Source: Eledone cirrhosa (lineage: Eukaryota). Taken from it: a stretch of 64,000 nt of DNA. Below the pieces are notes generated by a model that was not told the origin of the DNA, ran no database searches, and worked only from the letters and a program-made list of their open reading frames with translations. A program made the translations under genes and the position numbers. Every line of letters starts with the position of its first letter. Positions within the stretch are counted from its first letter, which is position 1. Of this stretch, positions 1 to 14,497 are shown piece after piece. The DNA lies in contig OZ024742.1 of assembly GCA_964016885.1 (NCBI GenBank), positions 278,752,001-278,816,000 of the forward strand. The letters are read 5' to 3'.

Positions 1-1
1 G

Positions 2-177
2 TAATTCCTCATTTGTTATGAGGATGGTTTCCAGGTTCTTTGAGATACCTGCAAACGAGATTGGTTTTTCTTTGCTGCTGTTGGTGTTGTTGTTGTTGTT
101 GTCGTCAGAGCTGCTGTTACTTTTGTTGTTGCTGCAGGTACTACGACTACTGCCGCCTCCGCTGTTGCTGTGGTTGT

Positions 178-209
<32 letters not shown>

Positions 210-328
210 TTGCTGCTAATGCTGTTGTTGTTTATGATGCTGCTGATGCTGTTGCGGCTGCTACTGTTGTTTTCCTTGTCACTGTTGCTGCTGCTGCTGT
301 TATTACGGCTGCTACTGCTATTATTCAT
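2..328 (-). CDS. Possible first coding exon of a host gene, with an N/S-rich N-terminus; open to the window edge
   Basis: ATG at 328-326 with no stop down to position 2 (translated by hand): MNNSSSSRNNSSSSNSDKENN...HSNSGGGSSRSTCSNNK...KEKPISFAGISKNLETILITNEEL. The low-complexity part has mixed codons and gives way to complex sequence. Not in the ORF track, consistent with having no stop. Confidence 0.4.
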
Positions 329-983
329 GACGTCAGACGAATGAAATGGGTTTTCGTATTTCCCGCACACCTATTGCGTCGTTGTTGTCGTCGTCGTGGA
401 GAAATGTTGCACGCTTTGCACGTGATTTTTCTTTACTGGCGTCGCTTGCGAAAGAGAAGGGAGGGAGAGAGAGACATTTAGAGAAGTGAGGGAGAGAGAC
501 AATCTTCTCTCTGCTGTAGTGACGATAGTGTAGGGAAGAAGAAGACGGAATTATTTTTCGTAGCCATGTTTTTTTTTGTTTAAAATAAAAATTATCGGTT
601 ATGTAACCCCGAAGGGCCAAATAACGGGCAGGAGGAGGGTGTTTTTGTCTACAATTTGGTTAAAAGTTTTAAACAATTTACAATTGTTATAGCGGTCAAA
701 ATTTACAATACCTTACAGAGCCGAGCCTCCGTCAACCATGGCATTCAATAATAATAATAATAATAGTAATAATGTTTCGACATTTGGCACAAGACCAGCA
801 ATTACCCCAGTGCATTACTGGTGCTTTACTGGGGTAATTGCATGATGACGCGTCTGCTGATATTGATGGTGATGATGATATTGATGGTGATGACAATAAT
901 AATAATAAATAGAAGAAGAAGAAGAAGAAGAAGAAGAAGAAGAAGAAGAAGAAGAAGAAGAAGAAGAAGAAGAAGCATTATGC

Positions 984-1023
<40 letters not shown>

Positions 1024-1677
1024 GAAGCAGAGGCTTTGAGAGCAATTTAGTATCATGCATCGCAATACATTGAAACAATTAATTACATAAAACGACAAAA
1101 ATCAGCGATCTTTACAGAAAATAAGTGGTGTTTAATAAGAGAAAAATGTGGGTGGTATGTTTGGATTGTATCATAGAAAAGCCTTCAAAATGTAACAGAA
1201 ATAGGGACCGATATTCAATAAGTATAGCATAAATACAATAATACAATTTCTATCCACACACATTTGAAAACTCACTGCATATGTTGAGATAACGCATCGA
1301 AATCAATAAGCAAATAAATAATAAATCAGTAGATGGTGCAGTTATGGCTGTGGGTTAAGAGGTTCGCTGTTAACGTGGGCAACTGTCTTCTACTAAAGCC
1401 TCAGGCTGATCATTGCCCTGTGAATGGAATGGGGCAAACAGAAACTGTAGAAACCCGTCGTATATACATTTATATTTATGGAGGTGCGTTTTCATTTGTG
1501 GTTGTGTTTATGTCACAAATTAGCGTTTCGATAAAAGAAACAAGTAGTTTGACAAATAGGGACTGAGGTTGATATGTTCCGACCTGGAAAGGGATAGACT
1601 CCACTAGGGTTAAAATGTGACGGAGTCCCTACGACTCCACCAGAAGTTAAGAGCCATCGTATTATTTTATGTAACTA

Positions 1678-1885
1678 GGGCGGTGGATTGGCAATATCGG
1701 TAGATGGTCGGGCGTCATGCTTTGCAGCATAGATATGTGGCCCTTTATGATCAGAGTTCGAATCCCGCCGAAGTTAACTTTGCCTTTCATCTTCACTGGG
1801 TCGATAAAATAAAGTACCAATCACGCACTGAGGTCGATTTATTCGACTTAACCCCTCCCTCAAAATTGCTGACCTTGTGCCTATC
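1678..1885 (+). mobile_element. tRNA-derived SINE (octopus-type)
   Basis: B-box-like GAGTTCGAATCC followed by GCCGAAGTTAACTTTGCCTTTCATC...GTCGATAAAATAAAGTACCA; recurs about 10 times in the window. Confidence 0.75.
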
Positions 1886-3142
1886 TATATAAGAAACCAT
1901 TATTTCACGTAGCCTATTTCGTATACAAAGATCAATCGACTCTCTGGCCATTCCCTACTACCCTTAGGGTCAATATTGACCTCTTTGAATTTGCTAACCT
2001 GCTACTGATTATACTGGGATTTGGTGCTACCAAATTACGGCTCCTGAATAGTCTTTGTCTCGGACGAGACAATAAAATATCCTACAATCTTGCTTCGACA
2101 TGCAATAGACGTCTGGTAGCATATTCGCCAATTGTCTATATTCTGAGGATTTTCTGTATTTTAACCTTATTTAACTTCACCCAAATCCCTTCTTTTTAGA
2201 ATTTCAATCCGTTTAATCAGCTTATTAGGGATTAGGCCGCATATTCACCTAGACTTCTGTTCTGGATGTTATTATCTACTGTCTTTCTGGTAATTTTAGC
2301 CCATATTTCTGGCTTCCGTTGTTTTCATTCCTGATGATCAGGGAATGCGGAACTACCGCTCATTGGCCATCGGAGGGAAAAGGACGAGACGATGCTGCTA
2401 GCTGTTTTAGCTTTTGTTGACTACACGCTTCTTCCATTTCCTCCACATTATCATTGCTAGTTATAAACTGGAAAGGAGTAAGTTGGTTCATTGGTGTGCC
2501 TCTGAGACAGAGCACTATGCTATCTTCTCCACCAATTCCAGAGGTTCAAATCTGGAGACTTTGCACCCCGGTTAGTAAGTTTAAAAGTGAGTATTGCTGT
2601 CGCAAATATTGCAGGGTTCTCTGCTATATACTATCAACCTCATCTCTTTTGTCCCAATAGTAAAAAAGAAGACTTCAAAAAAACCCTATGTCTTGAATAG
2701 TATTTTGAGGCCTTTATTGGAATACTTTTCCTAGAAATCATAGTACCATAGTATAGTTAAGTACATGTAACAGAACATACTAAAGCAATTAGGACTTCAG
2801 GGAAAGAGACCTCATCAAGACAGTAGGCATAAGCTAACTGGATTCCACCTAGGTGACTTGTATGTGGTTGAATATTCTTGGTTGGAGTAATCTTTCAATT
2901 AATTTCATGCAAATGATACTTAAATGTTTGGAAAGAGGCCTAATAGAATTTAGACGAGAAGAAAACTAATTTCGTAATGGGAAAACCATAACAAGCAAAA
3001 CAAAAATCACAAATACAATGACAACCCAACGACGATAAAGGAGGCAACAAGAAGAAGGAGAAATCACCAACAGCAACAAAGAGGAAAGCAACAAGATGAA
3101 ATAATGCGGTAACAATAAAAATAAGAACAAGGAAGAGGACTG

Positions 3143-3408
<266 letters not shown>

Positions 3409-3651
3409 AAGTCTAACCAACCAACCAACCAACCAAGTTTTTGTTTAAGTCTAACCAACCAACCAACCAGAAATTTATGAATTTGTAAATTTATAAATAT
3501 ATATTAAATTAAATTGAAGTGAAAGCAACTGGTGCGTGTGTTTCTTATTGGCAACATGACCCTCCCAAAGTATAACAATATCGGTTTCAACACACGATTT
3601 CAGATAAAGAATCTTGCTAAACAAATTCAGAAACGAAATATATATATATAC

Positions 3652-3783
<132 letters not shown>

Positions 3784-4459
3784 ATATATATATTGGATGG
3801 TTTAACAAATGAATGGATCTGGTCATTTCGATTAGCAAAAGCACTCAAGATTAATCGAACCATCCATCGTAGATGTGGTATCTCGAGATTCGTATAGGAA
3901 TGGAATAATTCCATGAAAGCAGAAGGCCGGATTCTAAATATTCCTTTAATGTTGTAAAATTCTTAATACGTATTCCTATGGTCTGCTTATGTCATCAGGT
4001 TAGGACGCAAAATATTTGGCCGCGTCTTCAGGTGTAAATTTGAAAGATTAAGTAATCATTTACAGGATTTTGGCAAACATAAACAGAGAATAGAATTGAT
4101 ACGAGGAAGCACGCCAATCAGTATAACTACTTTGTCGAAAGCCTACGTATGTAACACATTCACCAACCCTACCCAATGAGGTTTGTAGACGTGATGCCGT
4201 CAGCCAACATGCGATGCTATCGATCAAAATCATTTGTTTGATGTTTAAAAAGGGGACATGACGCTATATATACCGTGATATCATTCTCTGACTGAAAACA
4301 AGCATATCATGACGGCGAATTTCTCGAAGGGAATAGATAATATTGGTGAAAAGTGTTATAAAAATGTTAAAGGATTATAAAAAGAAGAAACTGATATTGT
4401 TAATTGCTTACCACAGGTTCCTCCTTTTTTGTAATTTTCAGAAACTGTTTATAACACTC

Positions 4460-4758
4460 TATTCCAGTCATTGCCTGCCTGCGGCCCGCGAAGCTTTCTG
4501 AATGCTTCACCTAAATCACCTAAGTGAAATCTTTCTGATTTTTTTACCCAAACGTTTCAGTCGTAATTTATCTTTCTATCATTTTTACGATCGAGGAAAA
4601 CAACGTGGACGAATTCGAAAGAAACAAATCAAAACATCCTGAGTTACCGCCCTTTTTTTAATGGGGGCATGAATGTAAATTAGCGCTTGCAGCTCGCCTG
4701 ATGATGAATCATATCTCATGCGGCCTGCTTCTCGAAAAGGGTTGCCCATGCCTGCCCT
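4460..4758. mobile_element. hAT/Charlie-like non-autonomous element end
   Basis: The minus strand reads CAGGCATGGGCAACCCTTTT...GGCCGC, resembling Charlie/SPIN-type TIRs. Related degraded sequence lies at ~3860-4110 and, inverted, at ~6090-6350. Confidence 0.4.
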
Positions 4759-5511
4759 ATTCTCTTTAAGAGATTCACCGTCACGCTGCTAAGTAACTTC
4801 ATATGGATTCCATAAAATATCTAATCAATTACTTTTTCCAACTAATGACCCACATTTATTACTTACTTATTATCATATCTATCAGCTCTTCATAATTTAA
4901 TTACCTTTTATATTTCATCTTTATAATTCAACCGTATTGTGATATATACCGGAAGTATTAAGTATCATTTATTACGTTATGGCATATACTTTATATTTAT
5001 AGTTGTATATGTTTTTATTTTATCTTATATGATAATGTTCATTTTATATTGTATTACATATGTAATTTGTAGCTTTTGTTATTCCATGACTCCTTTTAAT
5101 CCTAAACCAACTTTAATTAATTACGTTCCACTACTTACATTTACTTACTAAATATCATAATTATCCATTTTTCGTAATTTATTCCCTTTTATAATTTATC
5201 CACCCCGTGTTATAAGTGCAATGACCACCTAGCTGTCTAAGGGACGCAGGGATTTGGTTCTCTACCTGGAGTGATTGGAATAAATTTTCACTATTTTCAT
5301 ATATTGAATCCACTCGGTTGCATAAACCTTCACTTAGATCCTGGAGACTGGAGAACGTTGGTCCGTCCAACTCGTGATTAGGCCACATCTTCTAATATTT
5401 TCGCAATATAAACCCATACATGTATACGCGAATAGGTTTGTCAATCAGTTACTTACTCTTAAATTATTTAATTATTTACTTTTTAACAAATTACTTACAT
5501 TATAATTATAA

Positions 5512-5695
5512 TTGGATTGGCAGTGTCGGTAGAGGGTCGGACGCCATGCTTTGCAGCACAGTTACGTCCCTTTACGGATTGAGTTCAAATCCCGCCGAGG
5601 TTAACTTTGCCTTTCATCCTTACGGGGTCGATAAAATAAAGTACCAGTAATACACTTGGATAATTGCTGGCCTTGTGCCAAAAGTAGAAACAATT
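5512..5695 (+). mobile_element. tRNA-derived SINE
   Basis: GAGTTCAAATCCCGCCGAGGTTAACTTTGCCTTTCATCCTTACGGGGTCGATAAAATAAAGTACCAG. Confidence 0.75.
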
Positions 5696-6764
5696 ATAAC
5701 TATAATTATTCAATATACCAAACCTTATACTTTTTACAGTTTTCACAACTCTTGATATTTCTCACTTTTCTTGATCTATTTACCATTATAATCATTCATA
5801 ATTACTTACTACTGCTTTCTCCTTTTTATATTATCGATAATATCTATTCACTTTAAGAGATCCATCGGTTTTGGCGTAAAGAATGCTATCGCAGCATATA
5901 TAATGCCCCATGATCTTTTTAAACAATAACAGAAATGGTTCTGATTGATAGCTTCACACATCAGCGAATGGCCGTTTACTCTCACCGTCAAACAACTTCA
6001 CCACATAGTGTCGCCTACTATCCCACAATGCAAAACATTATCGAGGATGTAGCATACAGAGGTGAATTGTCATAGCAATTGCACTGACTGGCGTGCCACC
6101 TCCGTATCAATTCTTTGTCTGTTTAAGTTTGCCGAAATCCAGTTTTTTATAACTTAATCTTTGCAATTTACACTCGGTGACGCCGCTAAATGCCTTGCGT
6201 CAAGATCTGATGGAACAAGCAGGCCGTAGAAATACGTATTATGAATTTTACAATATTAAAGAACAATGTAGAATCCAGCCTTGTTTTCATTTAAAAATGT
6301 ATCTCCATTCCTGTGCCAACCACAAGATACCACATCTACGATGGATGATTCTCGCTTATTGTTGATGCTGTCATTGTTCATGTTGTTGTTGGTGGTGTTC
6401 CTAATTTCGTTGTTTCGGGTTGTGTTTGTAATTGATTTTTTTAATGTCCATAATTGCACCTGTTGTATCTCTCCTTTCAAATTTAAGTCGTTATCCTGAG
6501 ACGACAAACTTAATGTGGGGGACGTGTCTCGTTTATTTTTCTTTTCTTTTAATGAGAAAAGATATACATAAAGTTCAAATATTTCGGTCAAAAGCCCCAA
6601 ATATTATAACGTCTCTCCTTTACCGGGCTCAGGCGGAGGCTTATCATGCTTTGGCAAAAATATAACTAACACAATTGAAAAACAAAACAAAAAAAAAAAA
6701 CACTTTGCGGGGCTCACCGAAGCACGTCCACACTGGCTGACAGCCAGCAATAATAATGGTCTCT

Positions 6765-7145
6765 TATATAGGCACAAGGCCAGCAATTTTGGGGGAGGTG
6801 AAAGTCTATTAAATCAACCCCAGTGCGTGACTGATCCTTTATTTTATCGAGCCCGTAAATCCTTAGGAGGCAAAGCTTACCGCAGAGGCATTTGAACTCA
6901 GAACGTAAAGGACCATAACTCCATGCTGCAAAGCATGGTGTCCGATAATGTTAATAATAATTGTTTCTCCTTTTGTCACAAGGTCAGCAATTATCACAAT
7001 GCGTTACTGGTACCTTATTTTATCGAACCCATAGGGATGAAAGCCAACGTTAACCTTAGCGGGATTTGAACTGAGACCGTAAAGAGGCGTAACTGTATGA
7101 TGCAAAGCATATTGTCCCATCCTCTACCGATACTGTCAATCTACC
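6765..7145 (-). mobile_element. Two tandem tRNA-derived SINE copies
   Basis: Reverse-complement SINE motifs (TTTTATCGA, ATTTGAACT) at ~6840-6910 and ~7015-7080. Confidence 0.65.
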
Positions 7146-7259
7146 TAATAGTAATGATAATACGGTGTAGTATAACAATACCGTAGCCAGCAACAACACT
7201 AACAACAATTGCAACAAAACAAAAAAATAAGACCACCATGAATGATATACTGTTATTAT

Positions 7260-7435
7260 TGGCAGAATTGGTAGAGGGTTGGACATGCTTTCCAGCATAG
7301 TTACGTCCCTTTACGACCTGACTTCAAATACCGCCAAGGTTAACTTTGCCTTTCATCCTTACGAGGTTGATAAAATAAAGTACCAGTAATGTACTGTGTA
7401 AAATGCTGACCTTGTGCCCAAAATAGAAACAAGTA
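7260..7435 (+). mobile_element. tRNA-derived SINE
   Basis: Same core, GGTTAACTTTGCCTTTCATCC...GATAAAATAAAGTACCAG. Confidence 0.7.
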
Positions 7436-8157
7436 TAACCTTAAAATAGCCAACAAACATACCTCATCCTCTCTTTCCTCCTCACCCCCCTCACCCTCCT
7501 CCTTCTCCTCACCACCATCACCACAATCCCCATCAACACCAAAACAACAACGGCAACGAGACCAGCCTAAATGAAATACCGTAGTTATAATGTTAAAATG
7601 GCTACCGACATGTCTTTCTCTCTCTTTCTCTATCTAACAAACAGCAGCAACAACTGCACCACATCTATTGTGCACGTTTAGCACGTGCTAATTAAAATTA
7701 TTTCCTTATATGGGCTGGCATTTCACATACTAAAGTATCTACGACAGACATTCTTTCTTTATTTTTTCTTTCTTTCCTTATCTCTCTTTCATTCATTTTC
7801 TCTCTTTTCCCCCACCCGTTTGTTCTTCCGGTCTTTCTGTTTTTCATTCATACATTCATTCATTCATACATTCATTCTTTTCTTCTTCTTCCATTCATTT
7901 TTCTTTCATTCATTCTCCCAGTCTTTGTTCTTCTTCCATTCATTTTTCTTTCATTCATTCTCCCACTCGTTCTTTCTTTCTTTTTGGCATTCTTTTTTCT
8001 TTCTGTTTTATTTGGTTTTATTTTATGAATCCTTAACATTTTCTTTCTCTCCTTCTTTTTCTTTCTCTCTATGCTTCTTTTCATTCTCTTTCCTTCCCTC
8101 CTTCCTTTTCTCTTTCAGTACAGACTTCATTCACCTCTGTACATCTTTCATTCACTG

Positions 8158-8370
8158 ATGGATTAGTAGTATTGGTAGAACGTCGGACAGCATGCTTTGC
8201 AGCATATAGTTACGTCCTTTTACGTTCTGAGTTCAAATTCTGCCGAGGTTAGCTTTGCCTCACGTCCTTACGGGGTCGATAAAATAGACCATCAATAACA
8301 CACTGGGCTCGATTTAATCGACTTTCCCTTCCACCAAGATTGTTGGCCTTGTGCCTAAATCAGAACCCAT
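8158..8370 (+). mobile_element. tRNA-derived SINE
   Basis: GAGTTCAAATTCTGCCGAGGTTAGCTTTGCC...GGGGTCGATAAAATAG. Confidence 0.7.
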
Positions 8371-8695
8371 TGTCCTCTGTCTCGCTGTAAGTATGCCTGT
8401 CTCTCTGTATATCTGTCTGTCAGTTCCTCTCTATCTACCTGTGTGTCTCTATATCTTCATGTCTGAAACTATTTCTCTGTGAGAGTGTCTTCCACTCTAT
8501 CTGACGGTCTGTCTGTTTGTATGTCTCACTGTATGTACATCTGCCTGATTGTAGACGACATACACACACACATAACAGAAAGGCATATACTATATGTCTT
8601 TCTGTTTGGCTGTATGCCCATGGTTGTCAGTATCTGCTTGCCTGTCTGTCTGTCTGTCTGTCTAATTGTTCGTCTATCAGCCTGTCGGTGTTTAA

Positions 8696-8756
<61 letters not shown>

Positions 8757-8806
8757 TGTCTCCTCTTTATTACTCTCATTTTCACTTCCACACATTTACA
8801 ATCTCA

Positions 8807-8864
<58 letters not shown>

Positions 8865-8877
8865 CTCTTTCTTTCCT

Positions 8878-8929
<52 letters not shown>

Positions 8930-8945
8930 GCTCTCTTTCTTTCTC

Positions 8946-8984
<39 letters not shown>

Positions 8985-9126
8985 CCTCTCTCTCACTCTC
9001 TTACCCTCACTCTCTCACTCGTTCTCTCTCATCACTTACCCCCTCTTACCCTCTTTCTGTCTCTATCTGTCTCTCTCTTTTACCCCCTCTCTCTATATTA
9101 CCCCCATTCTCCCTTACCCCTTCTCC

Positions 9127-9198
<72 letters not shown>

Positions 9199-9444
9199 AT
9201 GTCTTCACGAAATATTTGCCGCCATTGTACCATTCCTACATATGTTCATTCAGCAATGTTTAGAGGCCGACACAATAAGTTGATTATTCCAGATATTTAA
9301 AGGTTACCTCATCTAAACAGTATCATAATGTTCGTGAGTGTGTGTGCGTGTGTGTGAGAGAGAGGGGGGAGTGAAGGAGAGGGACAGATTGATTGGTGTA
9401 TATATATATATATATATACAGATAAAAAGGCAGACACATCTCTC

Positions 9445-9555
<111 letters not shown>

Positions 9556-9587
9556 TATAAGAAAGTGAACAGCACAAAATATAACTA

Positions 9588-9655
9588 CTGCATTACCAAA
9601 GGTTTCTGGATCTCAGACAATATCAATATACGTCTGGATTAGTCATCAGACAGAG
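9588..9655 (-). ncRNA. Degenerate type I hammerhead motif in an inverted-repeat remnant
   Basis: CUGAUGA, stem II (CAGAC/GUCUG), GAAAC-CUUUG-GUA; stem I pairs poorly. Confidence 0.4.
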
Positions 9656-9787
9656 ATGTTATAACATCTTTGTCTAGTAGATATATTTTGTATTTTGTGT
9701 TGTTCACTTTCTAATTAACTAGCTCTGTTCTGTACATAGAGCACTCTTTTTTCCTTTGCTTTCCCTTCGGAATTACCTAACACACAC

Positions 9788-9844
<57 letters not shown>

Positions 9845-10271
9845 TGTAAGATGAGTGGGTTTACGTTTGATTGGCTTGTTATGGTGGGGAGGGGTTCACG
9901 TAGTTGGTGGGTAGGTAGATAGGTAAGTAGGTAGGTTGGTTGGTAAATTGATAGGTATGTAAGTATGTATATATATATGTATGTATATAAGTTTAGAAAT
10001 AAACAAAGAGTGCTTAGAAATACATTGTTTTATTTGCTAACAGTGTTCATCCATACCCTAGGGCAGGAATCATCATCTATAGCACCATTTATGTGATAAA
10101 CTTTTGACGTAATTCTTTTATGACGTAATTTTTTATGATGATGTAATTTTTTTATGATGTAATTTTGTGTGACATTATATGTATCATCCATTGTGTGCTC
10201 CCCTACTTGTCCTTCCGCCTTGTACTGGTGACTAGGCTCGATGGAGCCTGCAACCTTTGATATACTTTTGT

Positions 10272-10328
10272 TTATTGATTCTGATGATTCCTGCCCTTGG
10301 GTATGGATGAAACACTGTTAGCTAATAA
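10272..10328 (+). ncRNA. Type I minimal hammerhead ribozyme
   Basis: UUAUUGAUU-CUGAUGA-UUCCUGCCCUUGGGUAUGGAU-GAAAC-ACU-GUU^AGCUAAUAA. Stem I has 8/9 pairs and stem II is UGCCC/GGGUA. It lies in an inverted repeat (~10000-10077 versus ~10283-10360). Confidence 0.7.
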
Positions 10329-10577
10329 AACAATGTATTTTTAAGCACTCTTTGGTTATTCCTAAAAACTTATAACGGCTCTGTAGTATACTAGTTATCC
10401 TATATTGAGCTAAAACCACACTGTCATACCAAGGGCAATATATATGTGTGTATGTGCACATTAGTGTAATTGTCAACCAAACTATGTATGTATATGTGTA
10501 TGCATGCAGGCTGGCATGTAGATAGATAGATAGACATATAGATACATAGCTAGATAGATAGATAGATACATAGATAC

Positions 10578-10628
<51 letters not shown>

Positions 10629-10892
10629 TGTTTCTTTTATTTGCCACCAGGGCATCAAAAGTGGGACAAGTACAATGGGGGGAGTTTACAAAACAAGGCG
10701 TCCTCAATAAGGAGGTGGCAATAACAATATATAAAAATAAAATAAAATATAACAAAAAATAAAATTTATAACAAAGTCCTCAATAGAGAGGAGGCGCCTT
10801 GGGGGGTCGCACACACCCCCGAAAAAAGTGTGCAACCCTACTCCTCAGGAGCACAGAGAATGGGTGCTCCCTTGGTCTTACATCTTCCTCAC

Positions 10893-13800
10893 CTATAGCC
10901 TGATGTAGAGTGAAGGCCCATTCACACGGGCCATTCTCGCCACTTTCACCCATCTTTCATGAAAACGACTGGGGTGCACCACCTCTCTCTCCATCCTGAT
11001 CCTTCTTCCGAAATGATATCGGAAGAAACGGACCAGTTGTTGGCCAGAGAGAAAGGTGTCTGACCTCAGTCCTTTCAGACGCGTCCACCATACAACCTCT
11101 TTCGCCATGGCTATTACGCACAGAAACACCGCCTCTCCTTCGTTTTTGAAGAGGGGAGGCGGCTTGATCGTTACAATAGACTCGGTGGTCAACCGGATCG
11201 GTCCCACCCTTGACAGCAGTTGTTCGACATAGCCCCACAGATCGGCAATGCCCGAGCAGTGTACCAATGCGTGTGCAACGGTTTCCTCGTCGCACACGCA
11301 TCTGGGACAGATCTTTTTCGATGGGTCCCTACCCGGGCACCCGTGTCTGTAGAGCCTTTCTCGAACGGGCAGAGCCCTTCTGTAGCATTGTCAGGCCAGG
11401 GACCTCTGGAAGTTATCCATGGGTCCCGGGCTGAATGTCCTACCGAAAAGGTTGGCCAGTTCGTCTTCCTCCATGCCTAGGGCTTCTCCGAGGGCGTCGT
11501 CGCACCTGCTAACCACCAGCCCTCTATAGAATGACGAGGTGGATTCTCCACCGACAGCCGGGTCCGTCTGCCAGAGAGCCGTGAGCGCCTGGGCACACTC
11601 GGTGTGCCAGGCGCCCAGTTTTCTCGGTCTTTGCTTGACCCAGAATTGCTGCTCGGTGAGTGAGACGAGTCTGGGAAAGGCTCACCTCACAAACGGGGCC
11701 CACACCGGTTGACCGGAGAGGAATACCTGAAGGTGCCGTAGCCTTAATGCGTGTTTACGTATCATTAGCCACGGCAGCCCCAGCCCTCCTTTCGAAGGGT
11801 GTTGACACCAGATGGATCTCCTCACCATAGGAGCCCGCCTCTTCCAAAGGAATTGGAAGAGTGCGCGCTCCATTTTGGCGAGCGTTTCCCTTGGGCAAGG
11901 CACAACGGTCAGGTGGTAGTAGATGACGGACGCTATATAAGTGTTCGCCACCTCCGCCCGATATTTCAGGGACAGTTTGCACTCGGCCCACTTCTGGGTC
12001 AGTGCAAACACCCTGTTCGTCACCTCACCCCACTTCTTCTCCACCTGGAGGTCTGGTCCGAACCAGACCACGAACAACTTCACCGGGCCCTCCGTCCAGC
12101 GCCCGACGACGCCATCGGAGGGCATCGATCTGCCCCTCCACGTGCCGAGTTGCAGACCGATCGACTTGTCCCGGTTCAGCTTAGCCCCTGTAAACCTTTC
12201 GTACTCCTCCAGTAAGGTGCCGACCGCCCCGATTTCCGAGGTCGTCGATACCATTACTGTTACGTCATCGGCGTAGGCTGACACCGCTTTCCGCAATCCC
12301 GGTTCCAACGGGATGCCCTGCAACAACTCCAACTTCCGCAGCAGTGGCTCTAGAGTCATTACATACAGAAGGGAGGAGAGAGGGCACACCTGTCGGATGG
12401 ACCGCGCGATTTCGAACGGCTCCGAGAGGTAGCCGTTCACCTTGACCCTAGAGCAGATGCGGCTGCTGTGCATGGCATTGATCCAGCCCCTGAAAACGGG
12501 TCCGAAGCCTGTCGCCGCTAGCACCGCATCCAGGTAACCATGGTCGACCCTATCGAATGCCTTATATTGATCCAAGTTGATCAGGGCCCCACCAAAGCCG
12601 GGTTCGTTTCCAACCCTCTCTATGATGTATCGCATGAGGTGGAGGTTATCGTGGATGGACCTGGACGGGATAGCACATGTCTGCGCATCTCCCAGAGGTT
12701 TCCAACGACAAGCGCCAACCTCTTTGCTAGCACCTTGGCCAAAATATGTAACTCTGTATTTAGCAGAGTTATGGGCCTGAAATTATTTATATCGTCCCCC
12801 TTGTTCTCGTCCTTCCCCACTAGCGTGACTACGCCCTTGGTCACAGCACAGGGAATTCTCCCGTTCTGTTGCCAGTTGCAGTAGACCGCCTCGAGGAGAT
12901 CGGGGATCAAGTCCGGCATAGCTAGATATAGTTCGTATGGAAGACCATCGAGACCCGGGGATTTGCGTTTGCCGCATTGGCTCAGCACGTCCTCTATCGT
13001 CCGAGAGACGCGGCAGGCCGTCGAGGTATGGACTGAAGTCCACGTCCCCAGCCCCCCCCCCCCCCCCCGCCCCTTCCGAACAATCCGGCAAAGTGCTTTT
13101 GAAAAGCCTCGCACATCTGCTTAGGTTCAAGGATCACCTGTCCATCCTGGTCTCGCAAAGACCGGATAGTGGATCTGCTCCCTCTTTTGGCTTCTGTCAC
13201 GCGGGCCCAGCTAACAGCTTTGGTCCCCTCGTTTCCCAGAGCACGTATTTTGCTTCGGACGATGCAGCCTTCGTGTTTCGCGTCGAAGAACTGGCCCAGG
13301 GCCGTTCTCGACGCTAGCACTCTGGCCACGTCGCCGCTTCTAATTGCCTCTTCTACACTATCTACCAACTCCCTTTCCTTCCTATTTCTATTGGAGGCTA
13401 ACTCCTTACTAAATTCTATAGAGACTACTCTAATCTCTCTTTTGAGAGATCCCCGCCACCTGCTGTTGACGCTGGCGCCCGTCAACCGCTCCTTAACTAA
13501 AGTGCTAATCCGGTCCCTGTAAGCCTTACTTGCCGGTAAGGACAAGTTGAGCTTCCAGTAACCGGGTTCCTGTCTATGAGTTCTGTCAAGGTTGATTATG
13601 CAGGTCACTAACTTGTGGTCTGAATAGCCAACCAAGCGCATTTTTGGACAACTTAAAAATTCCTTATCCTTAATTCTAACTAAGAACCTATCTAGGTACG
13701 ACCTAGATGATCCGCTACGATTTGCCAAAGTCCAGGTTGGCGCAGTCGGAAAATCTAGTCGATATCTATCGGCCAGATCAAATCGACCGATTAACCCTTT

Positions 13801-14295
13801 GAGGCTATTACACCCCTCTCTATCGGGACAGGCCCCTACGTAGTCCCAGCGTGCATCTAGGATACCATTCCAGTCCCCCACTAATAGCAAGGAGCGGGAC
13901 GTCCCCAGAAAAGTCTCCAGACGATGGAAGAAGTCCGGCCGCATTGACACGAAAAGGCCGTAGGCGGCTACCAACCTAAACGTTCCGCCTTTACCTCTGC
14001 CAAGGTCCAGAACCACTAGTCGACCCTCCGGGTTCAAATGTACAATCTGTGTTGCGAGACCCAGATGTTTTTGCAGCAGAACGACAACTCCACCCCCACC
14101 TCCGGGCTGACAGAGAGATGCGTGCATCTCAAAGTCATCAAAGGTGGGGGCCAGCTGTCGCATGCTGCTGATCCGGGCCTCGCAAATAACCATCACATCT
14201 ATACGTTGTGGCCTGAGGTCATTTAGAAGCATTGCTTGCTTCCAAGTTGAGCCCAGGCCACGCGCATTTAAACAGCCTACTCTTAGCATAGCCAT
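10893..14295 (-). pseudogene. Tx1 ORF2 (APE endonuclease-RT), frameshifted
   Basis: ORF fragments 12994-14295, 12620-13114, 11682-12635 and 10893-11297 are colinear pieces of one L1-type ORF2. Confidence 0.92.
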
Positions 14296-14497
14296 GTAGG
14301 TGGTGAAGAGAAAAGGTACTTACCTCTCTGCGTCCCGGGTATCGGGCTGCACAATTTCCATTAGGGTGGGGGATGGGTTGTTGGGTGGGGTGGTGGTTTG
14401 TGGAAGTGTAGGGGCATCAGTGTGTTGTGTGGTTGGGGAGCTTGGAGTTGTGTGGGTGTTTGGGGAGGGGGTGGGATAGTTTTTCAGGAGGACGCGG

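Noticed and set aside
1740-1775. tRNA genes suggested by GTTCGAATCC
   Set aside because: No cloverleaf; the motif is part of a SINE head.
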